Source: Cystobasidiomycetes sp. EMM_F5
Lineage: Eukaryota
Length of the DNA stretch: 64,000 nucleotides
NCBI GenBank assembly: GCA_051047955.1
Contig: JBPGPT010000013.1
Span: 124,001-188,000, forward strand
Direction: 5' to 3'
The notes beneath the pieces are model-generated. The model was not told the DNA's origin, did no database searches, and saw only the letters and a list, made by a program, of their open reading frames with translations. Every line of letters starts with the position of its first letter. Positions within the stretch are counted from its first letter, which is position 1. Shown piece by piece: positions 39,976-52,000 of the stretch. The position numbers and the translations under genes were made by a program.

Positions 39976-42180
39976 TCAGAACATCACGCCGTCTGTATTG
40001 ATGTACGAGCTGAAATCTTCATTCAAAAAGGTGTCGAGACTTGGAAGGCCGTACATCGAGTTTTCTAACGATAGTGCCCAGAGTGTATTGTCATCCATGA
40101 TGCTTGATGGTAGAGACATTTCACCGGCGTTGCTGGCTGCAATGACTGGCTTGGTACCGAGCGAGTCATCTGCAGCATGTTTTGCACGAAGGCAATATGC
40201 CTGTAGCAGTTGTGCGTATCTTTCAGCAGGATACGGCCACCGAGGGTGGTTGCCTCGTAAGGTACGAACGACCTGATCAATAAGCGAGTCGGAGTCGTTT
40301 GCAGCTTGATGCACGAGCGCTCCAACTCGGACGGCCTTGGGATTGCCCGTGTCAGCTTACAGTCTTGATGCCCCTGAATGGCCGTGACTAACCTTTTGCA
40401 GAAAGACTGCGGCATAGATGATGTAGGTATAATACCGAACAGGCATGCATGTAATTGCGTAGATTGATGAGCTGGCACAGACTAGGCAAGATGGCATCAG
40501 CGGTATTGGCGAATAAGTCTAGCTATATACGTACATTCACGTAGAAGCTGCAAAGCTGCATCTATGGCTCTCAGGATGAAGCGTGCGTCAGGTAGGGTTC
40601 CTATGCCATTTTTGAATGCATTTGCGCCTTGCAAGCGACCCAGAGTAGCCGAGAATGCAAAAGAGTTCATGTAGAGCCGCAAGTAAAGGAAGGTAAACGA
40701 AATTGTCTGCCGAACAGTCTGTGGCCCTGAACTGATGTATGAGTACTCGTGGTAACATGCCTTGTGCGAAACCAGCCCACATTTTTCCGCTCTCCAGTCG
40801 AGCTCGCATGCATCGATACTAAGGGAAAAGTCATCTAGACTAATAAATTCAATCAGACAAGAGTGTCCAGATAGATTAAGCGGGCCGACTCACTATCTGG
40901 CATAATCCCCTCTTTGGGAAATCTGGGTCTGCCTCTCCTGAGATGGATACAGCGTGTCCTTTACGTTGCTCATGAGTTGCACTAGATCCAGGTGTGCTTG
41001 AAGGGCTGTTGCGTATGAGACCTGGTCGAGTTGATTCTTGGCCTCCAAAGACGGGAAAGCGCTTCGCCGCCGATATACGTGGGGTCCGAGCCCGCGAGAC
41101 CAAAAACCAAGGCCAACGCGCACAGATATACTTCGGTCACTCCAGTAACAGGATGTCCATGCCAGGGCGCGACGCTCCTGAGACTGCTTGCTTGACTTGC
41201 TGTTGTCATCGAAGCTTGTAGCGTCGAGACCTTGCAGGTATCCCAGTCGAATAGCCTTGCAGCGGAGCAACCTCGTTAACAGCATTCATATATTATGACG
41301 TTGTACTCACCAAGCCGACCATCATCCAAGTCATCGACGGCTCTTTGGTGTCGCGATCTATATTCATTCGCATAGTCGGGTCTATCCACTCCGAGAGCAG
41401 CAGAAGAGCCTCCACTGTACCAACCGTGTTGCCCTCACCCCACTATGTCGAAGTCAGCCTTGTCAAGATGGCTTGTGCGACATATCTTACCATGACCTTT
41501 GTAATTTCGCTCTGCGTATGTGACCAGAGGGTCGCGTGCAGCGTAGAATCCAGAGCAGCTCGTGACGCTATTGTACAGATTGCAGCTAGCAGTAGTGGAT
41601 CTTCAGCTGCAAATTGTGGTATTCTTCTAGGCGCCAGCCGCGTCGTTGCAATCAGCGGATAGAAGGGGTGATAGCAGCGCACGAACGTGTCTACTAGCTC
41701 TTCGAGGGTGGACTGCGTTAGATAGCCTCTTTGGACAAGGTCGCATGTATGCGCTGGTACTTTTGGTGATGACGCCCTCGAGAGCTGCCCAGCTGCACAG
41801 TACAGGATCCGCAGAGCATCAGCTGGATTCTGAAGGTCTTCTGCATCCTTCGCATCAGACTGAGCAGCTACTGTCGCAGAGTCATGGGTAATGGGAAGAG
41901 ACGGCGCCTCGGTGTACGATGCGGAGGACTGAACGGGCTGTGAACGAGACGGGTTCGGGGAAGCTGTGCGACTCTGCTCTGCCTTGTTCTTGCCTTCTCG
42001 AGACCACTTTCCACGACGGTCTGTCGGGTCTACGACACATTGCCGCCCCGTCCTTAGACACCTAGTGCACGGTGGTTTATTGGTCGGTGCTGTAAAGATA
42101 CACCTCGACTTGCGCTCCCGACATTCGTTGCAGGCTTTGTATCCTCGTTGAAAGGCTGGAGGCGCAGCTTGATTGGACAT
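39976..42180 (-). CDS. Zn(II)2Cys6 fungal transcription factor (Aro80-like middle region)
   Basis: ACNECRERKSRC..PPCTRCLRTGRQC; 'LQNPADALRIL'; fungal-specific TF domain 'AIRLGYLQGL', 'WTSCYWSDRSISVRVG'. Confidence 0.88.
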
Positions 42181-42538
42181 TGGTGGGCTCAGAGCATGTC
42201 CGTGAGCTGCGATGGAAGTGCAAGATCCGGGGCTCCACTTGCCGATTATCCCGGCATGACAGCAGGCGAACTCTGCTGACCAACGAGGGAAGATTGCTGC
42301 TGCATCTACAAGGGATATGGCTACAATGGTTACATAACGTCCATACAAGTCGGAATCAGACTTGCGGTCTTGTTATAAAAGCGAAAAAGCACAAGACCGC
42401 CGGTACACGGACATTCTGCCTCATTTCACAACCTTTCCGGTCGTTGAGCTACAAGCTGCCTCTTATCGGGAGTGGCCATCGCTACCGTCGACACCGCGCA
42501 TCGTACGTTGTTACGGTATTCTAAAAAAATGGGGCGAA

Positions 42539-43841
42539 TCACCTCCCTTGGGACGGATAAGTAAAGACAGGCGCCAATGCTCCTGGCAGGTTCTGTGAGC
42601 CGGCGGTTATGGGTGTGATGGATGCATTGGTATCCAGAGTATTCTGCGATGGGTATGCTGCCTGTGCCATTGCAAGACGGTTGTTTTCGGGGTCGAAAAC
42701 GGTGTATGCGTGACGAAGGAAAGCGGATCCTAGAATGGATCCACTAGAAACTGACGAGATGGAAACAAGGAGCTGGCAGTTGCCATCCGAGTCGATGAAG
42801 CCAAGCGATGAGATTGGCACCTTGATGGTGACGTTTCCGACAAAGTTGAAAGCAACCGTCTTGCTAAGAGGTTCTTGCAGTAGACTCTTTGGGCAGTTGT
42901 AGGCGTAATCGAGTCCAGTTGCGCTCGTATTGCGAGTTGAGCCAGTCACTTTGGCAATATCCGATGCCAGTGCTGCCGGTAGTACCATTTGCGTCGTACC
43001 TGAATCGTGGAGCGCTTGCATATTCTTGATGTTTAGATTCGGCGCCGACGAGCTGTTGGCTCCTGTCAGATCTGTGACGGACGCGACCATTGTCCAGTAC
43101 CAGTCTTGGGTGTTGTGTAACGGAAGCTGTACCAAGTTTCCGGTATAGAGGGACGGCGCGATACCTGCGAATATGACGCGCGCTTGTATTGCTTTCGAAC
43201 TGGCTTGATAGTATTGAGAGGTCGGGTCAAGGTAGAGTGAGAAAGCCATAGTGCCAAATTGCTGCTTCATTGCAACTGATGATGGGACAAGGGGTCAGCT
43301 TGAATGGTACATCTGATGAATGATTCCGCAACCCACCCAAAGCGCCCGGTCTCCCAGTAGACCCCGCTCGAACTCCGCCGTCCCGGGGACCGACGCCCAT
43401 GAGCCCATTGGTGCCTTTGCCAGCAGTCAACGATACTGCCATCTGTACATCAGGGAGAGTGATTGATGACGACGACGATCCTCCTCCAATCTTGACAGTC
43501 TCGCTGATCCAGTCTCCCTTGTTGCAACTGCCCGAGTCGTAGCATATAGCAAAGCTCTGGTTTATGGCTGCATAGGATTTGGAAGTCGCAGAATCGTACT
43601 TTAGGTGCGGTATCCAGTAGTCTCCGCTGCCAGTGTCGAGGATGGGAGAGATGGCAGGTTGAGAGGGTGTTCCTACTGCTACGTCGCCAAGAACGTAGTA
43701 TCGATACACTACGCGGAGCGGGGCGGAGAAGTAGGATGCGGTACCTGACGACCTGGCAGAGTGTGCGTAGGATTCGACTGCGGGGGCAGCGCTGACTAGA
43801 GCACTCGATGCAATCAGAGCTAGAGCGAGCGTGTCGAGCAT
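42539..43841 (-). CDS. Secreted aspartic protease (pepsin/A1 family)
   Basis: Signal peptide; two catalytic motifs ILDTGS and LHDSGT; flap Tyr; 'ILGSAFLRHAYTVFD'; one intron. Confidence 0.93.
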
Positions 43842-44309
43842 TATGTTTTGTGTGTCGGCGTGGTGTGAATGAGAGTGGACGTTGAGAGAATGTGAGGTTT
43901 CGCTGATGGATGAGGATGTGGATGTGAATGAAGAGGAAGAAGACTTGATGGTCAGCTGTCAGTCGAGCAGGCTACACCTCAGTGCCCTGATCAGCCAGCT
44001 TCACAGCCGCACACATACATGGTCATGGTTCTGATTCCGGATCTGGCGAATTCGAAAGACCCGGAGATGATGACCACCGATGCTTCCGGATGCGGTGTTG
44101 GGTGATGATGACTATTATATTCGTTGCGTAGGATATGTAGGTGTATTTGAATGTATTTCGCTTCTGATGTGCTTGCAACTTTGTATATATACATTATTGC
44201 TGCCAAATAAAGGGGCCTTTGAATGCAAACCATCTTGAACAACACCGACACCTCGACACTGCTTGGAGCTCCACCACATTGTGTCGAGTGACTATCACAT
44301 ACTGCCGCC

Positions 44310-45479
44310 ATGGACACAAGCTGGCCTGCACCCTCCACCAGCCTGGCCAATGCAACAACAACGGCGACAACGACGACCATGAGCATCGCAGACAGGAATG
44401 AGCTGGCACTCGAGACGAAGCGGGACAAGCGACGTCGCGACATGACTGAGCGCGTGGAGCGGTACAGGCGAGACACGGTCGACCGAAAGGACGAAATCTA
44501 CGAAGACTTGCAAAAGATGTTTGGGAGCAGCCACGCTGCAATGTCGCAGCGACTGTCCTACATCAAGCACCCAGAGTACCTCATGCGCCTGCACGCCCTG
44601 TCCGTCCAGCGAGACGCCGACATTCTCGCAGCTCGCCTCGAGTCGGCCTACGCAGTAGAGACGGCCAGGCAGCTCTACCACACCGAGGTCGACAGGGTCG
44701 AGGACGAGTACGAAGCTGCAAAGAAGGCCATCAGAGAAAAGCTGCTCGAAGCGTGCGATGAGCGGGCTAGGAGGCTGCGAGAGGAGAAGGATGCAACAGA
44801 GATATCGGCACTCGAGAGCGTCTTTGACCTCGGTCAGGCAAAGCACTCGACCAGACGGAGCAGGGCTACCCTCGCAGCCAACGGGGCAGTACCATCGCAC
44901 AGTGTTTCCCTTGGTGAGTTTGGCAGAGCGTCACAGTCACGTGGTCTTTGCATTCTCGCTTTCCTCGCGCAAAGTGGTCAATTCGCTGACGCAGATGCAG
45001 GCGTTGGGATTACTGGACTCCCGCTGCCTACCACAGCGGACGGGCATGCAAGCTCGGCTCTTATGGCAACCTCGTCGACCAACGGCTTCGGTAACGGCGA
45101 CAATGACAGTCATGCTCTATCCCCACTACACACCTCGGACATCTTCAACTTCTCCCTTCTCCCCTCGTCGCCCGCTCTAGGCAACGGTCAAGTGCTGCAT
45201 CCTTCCATGCTCCTCCTCCAACCCGGGTCATCGGCACTCTTGGCGAGCTTAAAGTCTGGGTCGGCACACTACCACACTCATCGTACGACGGGCGGGAGAG
45301 CAAAAGCTGGTTATCCCCCAAACGGTATCGTCGTCACTCCGGGGAGCTACCAGGTCTTGGGCAAGAGTATCACGGCCATCAATACGCTACGCGCCGAAGA
45401 GATTGCTGATGATATGGAGGGAATACTCCGAGCGACGAGGCAGCGGCACAGAAGCGGGCGAAGGGAGAGAAGAGATTAG
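44310..45479 (+). CDS. SDS3: Sds3-like subunit of the Sin3/Rpd3L HDAC complex
   Basis: Coiled-coil 'KRDKRRRDMTERVE', 'HPEY', 'IREKLLEACDERARRLREEKD', C-terminal 'EEIADDM'; in-frame intron 44914-45000. Confidence 0.8.
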   Translation: MDTSWPAPSTSLANATTTATTTTMSIADRNELALETKRDKRRRDMTERVERYRRDTVDRKDEIYEDLQKMFGSSHAAMSQRLSYIKHPEYLMRLHALSVQRDADILAARLESAYAVETARQLYHTEVDRVEDEYEAAKKAIREKLLEACDERARRLREEKDATEISALESVFDLGQAKHSTRRSRATLAANGAVPSHSVSLGEFGRASQSRGLCILAFLAQSGQFADADAGVGITGLPLPTTADGHASSALMATSSTNGFGNGDNDSHALSPLHTSDIFNFSLLPSSPALGNGQVLHPSMLLLQPGSSALLASLKSGSAHYHTHRTTGGRAKAGYPPNGIVVTPGSYQVLGKSITAINTLRAEEIADDMEGILRATRQRHRSGRRERRD

Positions 45480-45691
45480 GCATTCTGCCTCACAGAACCA
45501 AGCTCTGATGTTGTTTTGCACCTGTTTACCCAGGCTGTCGTTGTAGCCTTCCTCGCAACGAGCGACGAGGGGTGGCACAGAAGCGGGCGGAGGGAGAGAA
45601 GAGATTAGGCATGCTGGATATGAAACCAAGCTCTGATAGTGTCTTGCATGGGTATACCCAGGCTGTTGTTGTAGCCTTCCTCGCAACGAGC
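45429..45691. repeat. Diverged tandem direct duplication, 2 copies of ~128-130 bp
   Basis: Units start CGAGCGACGAGG at 45429 and 45559, with a third start at 45687. Shared blocks include GGGAGAGAAGAGATTAGGCAT, AACCAAGCTCTGAT and GTTGTAGCCTTCCTCGCAACGAGC. Confidence 0.95.
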
Positions 45692-45879
45692 AACTAGTTT
45701 ATAGTCGTATCAAGCAAGACGAAGTATCTTCTACTGGCATCGTCTGTCCTGAGACTCGATATTGGTCCCCACATGCAACAGACACGGTCTGCCGTTGACG
45801 AGACCAAGGTTGCGAAGCTGACATAAGCACAACGAGCCTGTAATAACAATGCCCGTAAGATGCTATCGTAATAATTGTT

Positions 45880-48558
45880 TCAAAGAGCGTCGAAGAAGGA
45901 GAGATCCTGTTGACTTAGGGTGGGTCCGTTCTTGAGCTCGGGTGCGGCACCAAATTTCGATGCACTCGGTGATGAAGTAGCTCGTGATGCTTCGCTACTT
46001 AGCGGAAGTGAATCATTGGTTGACGACGCAAAATCGCCAAATTCTGAACTTTCTTGCGGCGCTTTGCTCTGTGGGGAACCAAGTGCGGACGCAATCACAG
46101 ACGGTACAGGCGTAGTCGACGGCTTTTGAAGAGGCACATCATCGCCCGTCGAGTCGTCAATTAGCGATCTCATAGGTGCAGCTGATACCTTTCGTAATCC
46201 AGGCGGCGGAGGAGCTAGTAGTGGCGGTATGGGAGATGACCGTGGTTTGGGAAGACTAGAAGTAGTGGATGTCGGAGGTACTAGCGTAGGGATAGTCGAA
46301 GCGGAGTTTGGCGTGGATTTCGGGCGGATGGGCGGGGGTACGCCTGCCAAAGGGTCGAAAGAGCTCAGAGCGGCTGAGGAAGCATTTGCGGCTTTCTTCG
46401 ACGGAAGCCTACTATCGGAAGCGATTGTGGGTCTACCGTATGGATCCTCTAGTCCGCTAAGGTCTGGCGCCGCTTTCGCCATGGCGCGAACGGATCCATC
46501 GAATATCTCATCAGGTTGAGCGTTCTTTGCTCCTGGTGGCTGGGCAAAAGCTTCAAAGAGCTCGTCAATATCCGGTTCATGCTGCACTACGTTTGTAGCA
46601 CCTCCCAAAGCTGCATGCCGTCCGCGAGATCCTCCATCGCTACTCAACCGCACGATAGGTGATCGAGGTCTGCCTACATCTCCAATCGGCATAGCCTGGG
46701 ATGTTCGATTCCAGAACGCCCACTTTGAACTCGTATATTGCGATTCCGAAGTTTCTGCCTCAAGCTCAGCGAGCAGATCCGAGTCTTTTGAACCTGTTGC
46801 TCCCATACCAACGGATGACATTCCGCCATTTCCGTAGCCGTTGACTGCAGGTTTGGTAGAAGGGCCTACTCTGGACGTTCCTGGTAGGCTAGCAGCTGAC
46901 GGTCTGCGAGAATGGAAGTTCTCAAGCTGGCTAAGATCATCTGCAAACAAGGCCACCGAAGTCGTGCTGGTTGAAGCAGCAGGCGCAGGAGCAGAATCAT
47001 TTGAAGCTCCAGCTGCAGGCGAAGTTCCACTCGCTTGACGATCTTTACCATATTTCCAGAACCGGGAGGGACCTGCCGATGGTTCAATACGGGAATTCGC
47101 TTCTCCAGACGCTCCGCGATTCGGATCGAAAGGCGTGCCCGGCCTGGAAGACCCTCCTTGCCCTTCACGCATACTCGAGCTTGACGAAGCACGGCGATCA
47201 ACAGATTCGCGGGCTTCGGCTGGCTCTTGTGACGCCCGAACTGGTGAAGAGGACGAAGGACTTATGGTGGGCGGAGGCGCTTGTTTCTTCTCTCCGCGAC
47301 TGAAGAAACTCCATCTACTTGCGGTAGCTGCCGGAGTCGTTGCCTTGTTGACTGACGGAGTATTGACTTTGGAGATATTCGTAAAGGTGCTCAAGCTTGG
47401 TGTAGCGTTTGCATCGGCTGCCAAAGCATCGAGATTACGGACGGGTACGCCAAGTTCAGATTGAAGGGCTAGGATATCGATATCGGGAGAGGGGGATGTA
47501 AAGGGTGAGGGAAGCGAGACTGGAGCGAATCGAGATGCATCTAATCCCGAAAGCTGGAAGGGGGATGCAGATGTAGATGCCTCTGGCTCACCCGCTTGCA
47601 CGGACGCAAACATCGAGTTGGAAGGTGCAGGTCGCGAAATATGATCTCTGGCTGATGAAACAGCACGAGAGGCTATCGACTCGGCACTAAGTAGAGCTGC
47701 TTTGCCTAAACGAAATATTTCCGTATCTTGGAAATTGGGAAGACTTGCTGCGGATTTAGGGAGCGGTGCATTGAGATGTTGTAAGAGCTTGCTCCTGTCC
47801 CAAGGTAATTCCGAGAAGAGATCAATGAGGTCAGGATATTCTCAGGGCTACCAAGGTCAAACAGTCATAGCCCACATTGTCGAAAGATCCGAAGCAGTCA
47901 TTTCCTTTGCAGACTCTAAGGCATCTTCGCTTCCTGTACTACTCGCTCTCCACGTCGGCAGCAGGTTCTTTATAGATGTCAACACTTGCTTGACTTCATC
48001 AGAGGTCTGAAGGCGAGGGTCCAGTATCAGTCTGTATGCGGTGATTAAAGGGATGGCCTAACTCACCGCTTGCTGCTCAAACCGCTTCAGCCATTCTGTG
48101 CTTCGCTCTGCGTCAGCAGCGTCAGAGTCGAAGACTTCAGCATCATCGTTGTGTGCTTCTTGCATGCGTTCCGGCGGTTGAGACTGAGTGCCATCCGTCC
48201 TCGACACATCTCTATCTCTTGCCGAGGCTTTCCAGACATCTTCTTCATCGTCGTCGGGCTGCAAATGGGACGTCTCGGCCGTCGTTGACGCTGGCTCCCA
48301 GGACGGTACATCCGTGTCGTTCTCCCATCGTGTCGCGGGGATGCCATTGTCGATATCGATATCGAGGTCCGTCTTTCCCCAGTCGCCGTACGAGTCTCTA
48401 TCGTCGCTGCCAGCACGAATTGGACTATGCAGACTCTTTGCACCCTCGCCATAGCTGCCCTCCTCCACCGTCACGGCGACATCTCCATCGCTCCAGGCGT
48501 TTGCAAACGGATTGAAGGCTGCGACTGCTGCTGGCGATGGCGGGGAGTGGGCAGACAT
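45880..48558 (-). CDS. Long intrinsically disordered protein with NPF and FGDF-type motifs
   Basis: ORFs 48058-48558 and 45880-47613 plus a middle exon at about 47880-48008; S/P/A-rich; motifs FNPF, YGDW, EFGDF, and C-terminal LSQQDLSFFDAL. Confidence 0.65.
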
Positions 48559-48635
48559 GGCCTGGAGCGTCGCAGTGTCATATCATATCATTTCATGGGT
48601 GACACAGACTTGGTGCTGGATCAAGAGCGGGCATT

Positions 48636-48673
48636 CTTCAAACAAAGCAATTCACTTCAAACAAAGCAATTCA
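48636..48673. repeat. Perfect 19-bp tandem repeat x2 in a bidirectional promoter
   Basis: CTTCAAACAAAGCAATTCA repeated at 48636 and 48655. Confidence 0.9.
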
Positions 48674-48929
48674 ATTGCTTTCCGTCTTTCTAGCTCAATT
48701 CGGACTTGTGATTACTATCCAAGCATTATTTCTGATTGAATCTATTATACCTGATTACTGCTGCCTGACCCTGGCTGTTTGCGACCAAGGAATGCATCAT
48801 TTGAAATGTCCCATTTGCAAATAAACAGCCAGACAACAATCTCAATCAACCTTTGCTTTTGCATCCACCAACACCTCTGCGCCTCTGCCTACTGACTGCT
48901 GCTGTCACTGCCGCTGCCGCCGTGCTCGC

Positions 48930-51856
48930 ATGTCGTCGAGGCAGCACACTTCTACTTTTGCTTCGACCGGATCACGGTCACGGCGAGCGAGCGATATCGC
49001 CCACAGCCTGGGACTCGCCAATATCAGCATTGGCGACGTCGGGGCAGGCGTATCCGCCAACACAGTCGTGACGCCGCGAAACGCCTTCTCGAGCGATGGA
49101 GCAGTGATCATGATGAGCAGCAGTAGCAATGGAAGCGGGAATGCCAGTAATGCCAACGTCGATACGAGCATTGGGATGAGCAGAAGGAGCGGATATCCTT
49201 CAGTGAGCACGCCCAGCGTCTTTGGGCCAGAGCTGGGACAGCAGAGTAACGGCGACGAGGACGAGGAAGCTTGGGAGCTCCAGCAGCAGCACGACGGCAA
49301 TGGCGACGGCGAACGGCAGAGCTATCCACCCGTAGACTATGTCGACCGCGGGGAAGGTCCCTCAAACTCGTCGAGCAGCTACGCTTTTCGCGACGATAGA
49401 GGCTCAAACGGTATGGCGTACGGCCAGCCTAACCGTGCAATGACCAGTACTGCAGACGTGAATGGCATCTCGCAGTACGGCCACCCCGAGTATCACTACG
49501 CCGGCGACGACAGCGTCAACAATCCCCTTCTCCGACCGTCTACACCTCGTTTGCCAAATGAAGCAGACTTCAGCCACTCGTACGGCGGCAATGCCAGTCA
49601 CACACTGAGCAGTCCGCTCTTAAACTCGCATTCCTCGAAAAGCTCCCCTTCGAGATTCAAGCGCTACTTTCAGTCTTCACCTGCCAACAATGCCGACAAT
49701 AACGACTTCAAGTACTCTCGCTCCGCAAGCTCTTCAGTCATAAATATACTCTCTCTCCACCCTGGTAATGCCCATTCGACTCCTCCAAAACATGGCAACT
49801 CTTCGATCCTCCCCGGGTCCGGCTCGGCAAGTCATACACCGTCTGGCAGCCATGCTATGGAACGAAGTGCCTCTGGCCTATCTCCTCCCGCTGGCCCAGC
49901 TTGGCTGCTCGGTACACTGGGTGTAGGCGGCGGTCGAAAAAGAGGACTACATCCATGTACGCTCATCCCCGCTTTTCTCTTTGGCGCCATCCTAGCCCTC
50001 TCTGGCATATTTGGTGGACGAGCCGTTCAGCAGATAAGCACAAAACACTCTACCACATCTCAGCAACAAGATTCGAGTACGACACTGTGGCTTCCTTGGT
50101 CCTCGTCGTCATCGTCATCATCTGACGCTTCTACAGCGTCCCAATCATCTATACAAGACTTACTGTCCAACATTGCCAGACCACCTTACACACACCACTC
50201 GTCTGGGCACATTTACATGGACCAAGCTCGTACAAGTCTAGGTACAATCGAGCACCCTATACACGCCTTGATTGCGAACGCCACGGTCCAATGGGAATCG
50301 CTCCTCTCAAAACAGAGCAAGACACTCGCTCAGGCTGTAAAGGAATATCGACGGCGGTATGGTCGGAATCCGCCAAAGGGATTTGACCGATGGTTCAAAT
50401 TTGCTCAAGATAATGGCGTCATACTCATTGACGAGTATGACCAAATCTCAAAGGACATTTTACCGTTTACTGCGCTTTCGCAGGCAAAACTTGCGGAACG
50501 TGTAGCGGAAATTGAGTCCAACGAGTTTGTGCACACATTTGTCGTCCGCAACGGCAAGATTACCATCACAGGCGCTAAGAAAGAACTGGCACGCGCGTCC
50601 GACCAAGCGGAATTGATGAAGAATTTTGTGCAATTCTTGCCGGATGTCAACATCACCATGTCTGCTCATGATGGACCAAGCGTGGCAGTAGATTGGCAAC
50701 TCAGGGAAAGGCACGTCAAAGCTGCTTCAGCTGGCAAAAAAATCAGCGACAAAGAAGCCGATATGATCAATGACGATCCTGCGTAAGGCTGTCTCTATCT
50801 CCATGTATACATGGTAGAAAAAGCTGAGCGAGTTTGTTCATATATAGTTGGTTTGGGTGGAATCTTGCTTGCCCTCCGACGTCGAGGATTCAACGACAAG
50901 CTGATGGGCTCGAAGCAGGAGCTCTTCCTGTAGGACCGAGCTTCATCGAAGACCACCGTGCGACGACCGACATGTGTCGCAACCCCGAATGGCAATATAC
51001 GCATGGCTTCACATCATGGCAGGGGCCTCGTCCACGGCATCTGCAGCCACTGTTCTCCTTCAGCAAGACGTCCATGCACGCTGATCTCCTCTGCGTTCCT
51101 CTCGAGCAATTCATCAACACACCAACGAGCGATCCAGAGTGGGAGGATAAGCCCTTCGACAAGATAATCTGGAGAGGCTCAATGACCGGCGTATGGTTTG
51201 ACTCCGTCTCGTGGTGGAGGTCATCACAACGTACGAGGTTGCACTACCTTTCGCAAGCAAAGACCGGCTCCCGCTATGTCCGCTTTTTACACCAGGGTCA
51301 AAGCGGGAAAAGTACCGAAAAGATTGTGGAGCGCAACATCGAGTACGCCGACCTCAACAAGCGGTATCTGGACGCTGCCTATGTTGGCGAGCTGCACCAA
51401 TGTACGGAGACGGACGGGTCGTGCCAAGCTGTTCCCAAACATATCGACGTGGTTCCTGGACTCATCTGGGAAGCGCAAAATGACTACAAGTACATCATCG
51501 ACACCGACGGCAACGCTTGGTCGGGTCGTTTCCACCGACTTATGGCGAGCAACTCGCTAGTATTGAAGAGCACAATTTTCCCAGAATGGTACTCTGACCG
51601 TCTTGTCCCGTGGTATCACTATGTACCCGTCCGGATCGACTATTCCGATCTCTACGATATCATGGCCTTCTTCGCCGGTGACATGGACCACAAAAATGGT
51701 CACGATGAGTTGGCCAAGAAGATTGCGTACCAAGGGAAGGACTGGACAAACAAGCATTGGCGAATGGCTGATATGGAGACCTACTGTTACCGCCTGTACC
51801 TAGAATGGGCAAGAGTGACAGCGATCGACCAATCCGATGTCGATTATCTCGGCTAG
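48930..51856 (+). CDS. Glycosyltransferase family 90, CAP10/Cxt1-like (putative xylosyltransferase), type II membrane protein
   Basis: 'QSKTLAQAVKEYRRRYGRNPPKGFDRW', 'WRGSMTG', 'YKYIIDTDGNAWSGRF', 'KSTIFPEWY..LVPWYHYVP', 'YRLYLEWAR'; single TM; one intron. Confidence 0.92.
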
Positions 51857-52000
51857 AAGTAGCGACTGTCCGTTTTTGTATTCCAGTCAGTCCGTTGTCT
51901 GTACGTAGTGCCGTCGATGTACCCTTGTTATTTCAATTACGGGCTTTCGGTGCATGAATGAGGTGCCGCTGAACTCGAAGAACATTGTTTCCGCAGTCGT

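Noticed and set aside
39976..43841. Zn2Cys6 factor next to a secreted protease as a regulated or secondary-metabolite cluster
   Set aside because: There is no backbone enzyme or transporter, and no convincing regularly spaced CGG repeat site could be defined by eye.
44066..44167. RTGATGA...CTGA motifs in the protease/SDS3 intergenic region
   Set aside because: TGATGA arises from a GAT-rich low-complexity tract; no terminal stem or recognisable guide.
43991..44900. Antisense ORFs of 161-201 aa overlapping SDS3 (and many similar shadow ORFs elsewhere)
   Set aside because: They mirror the codon bias of real genes on the opposite strand and have no recognisable domains.
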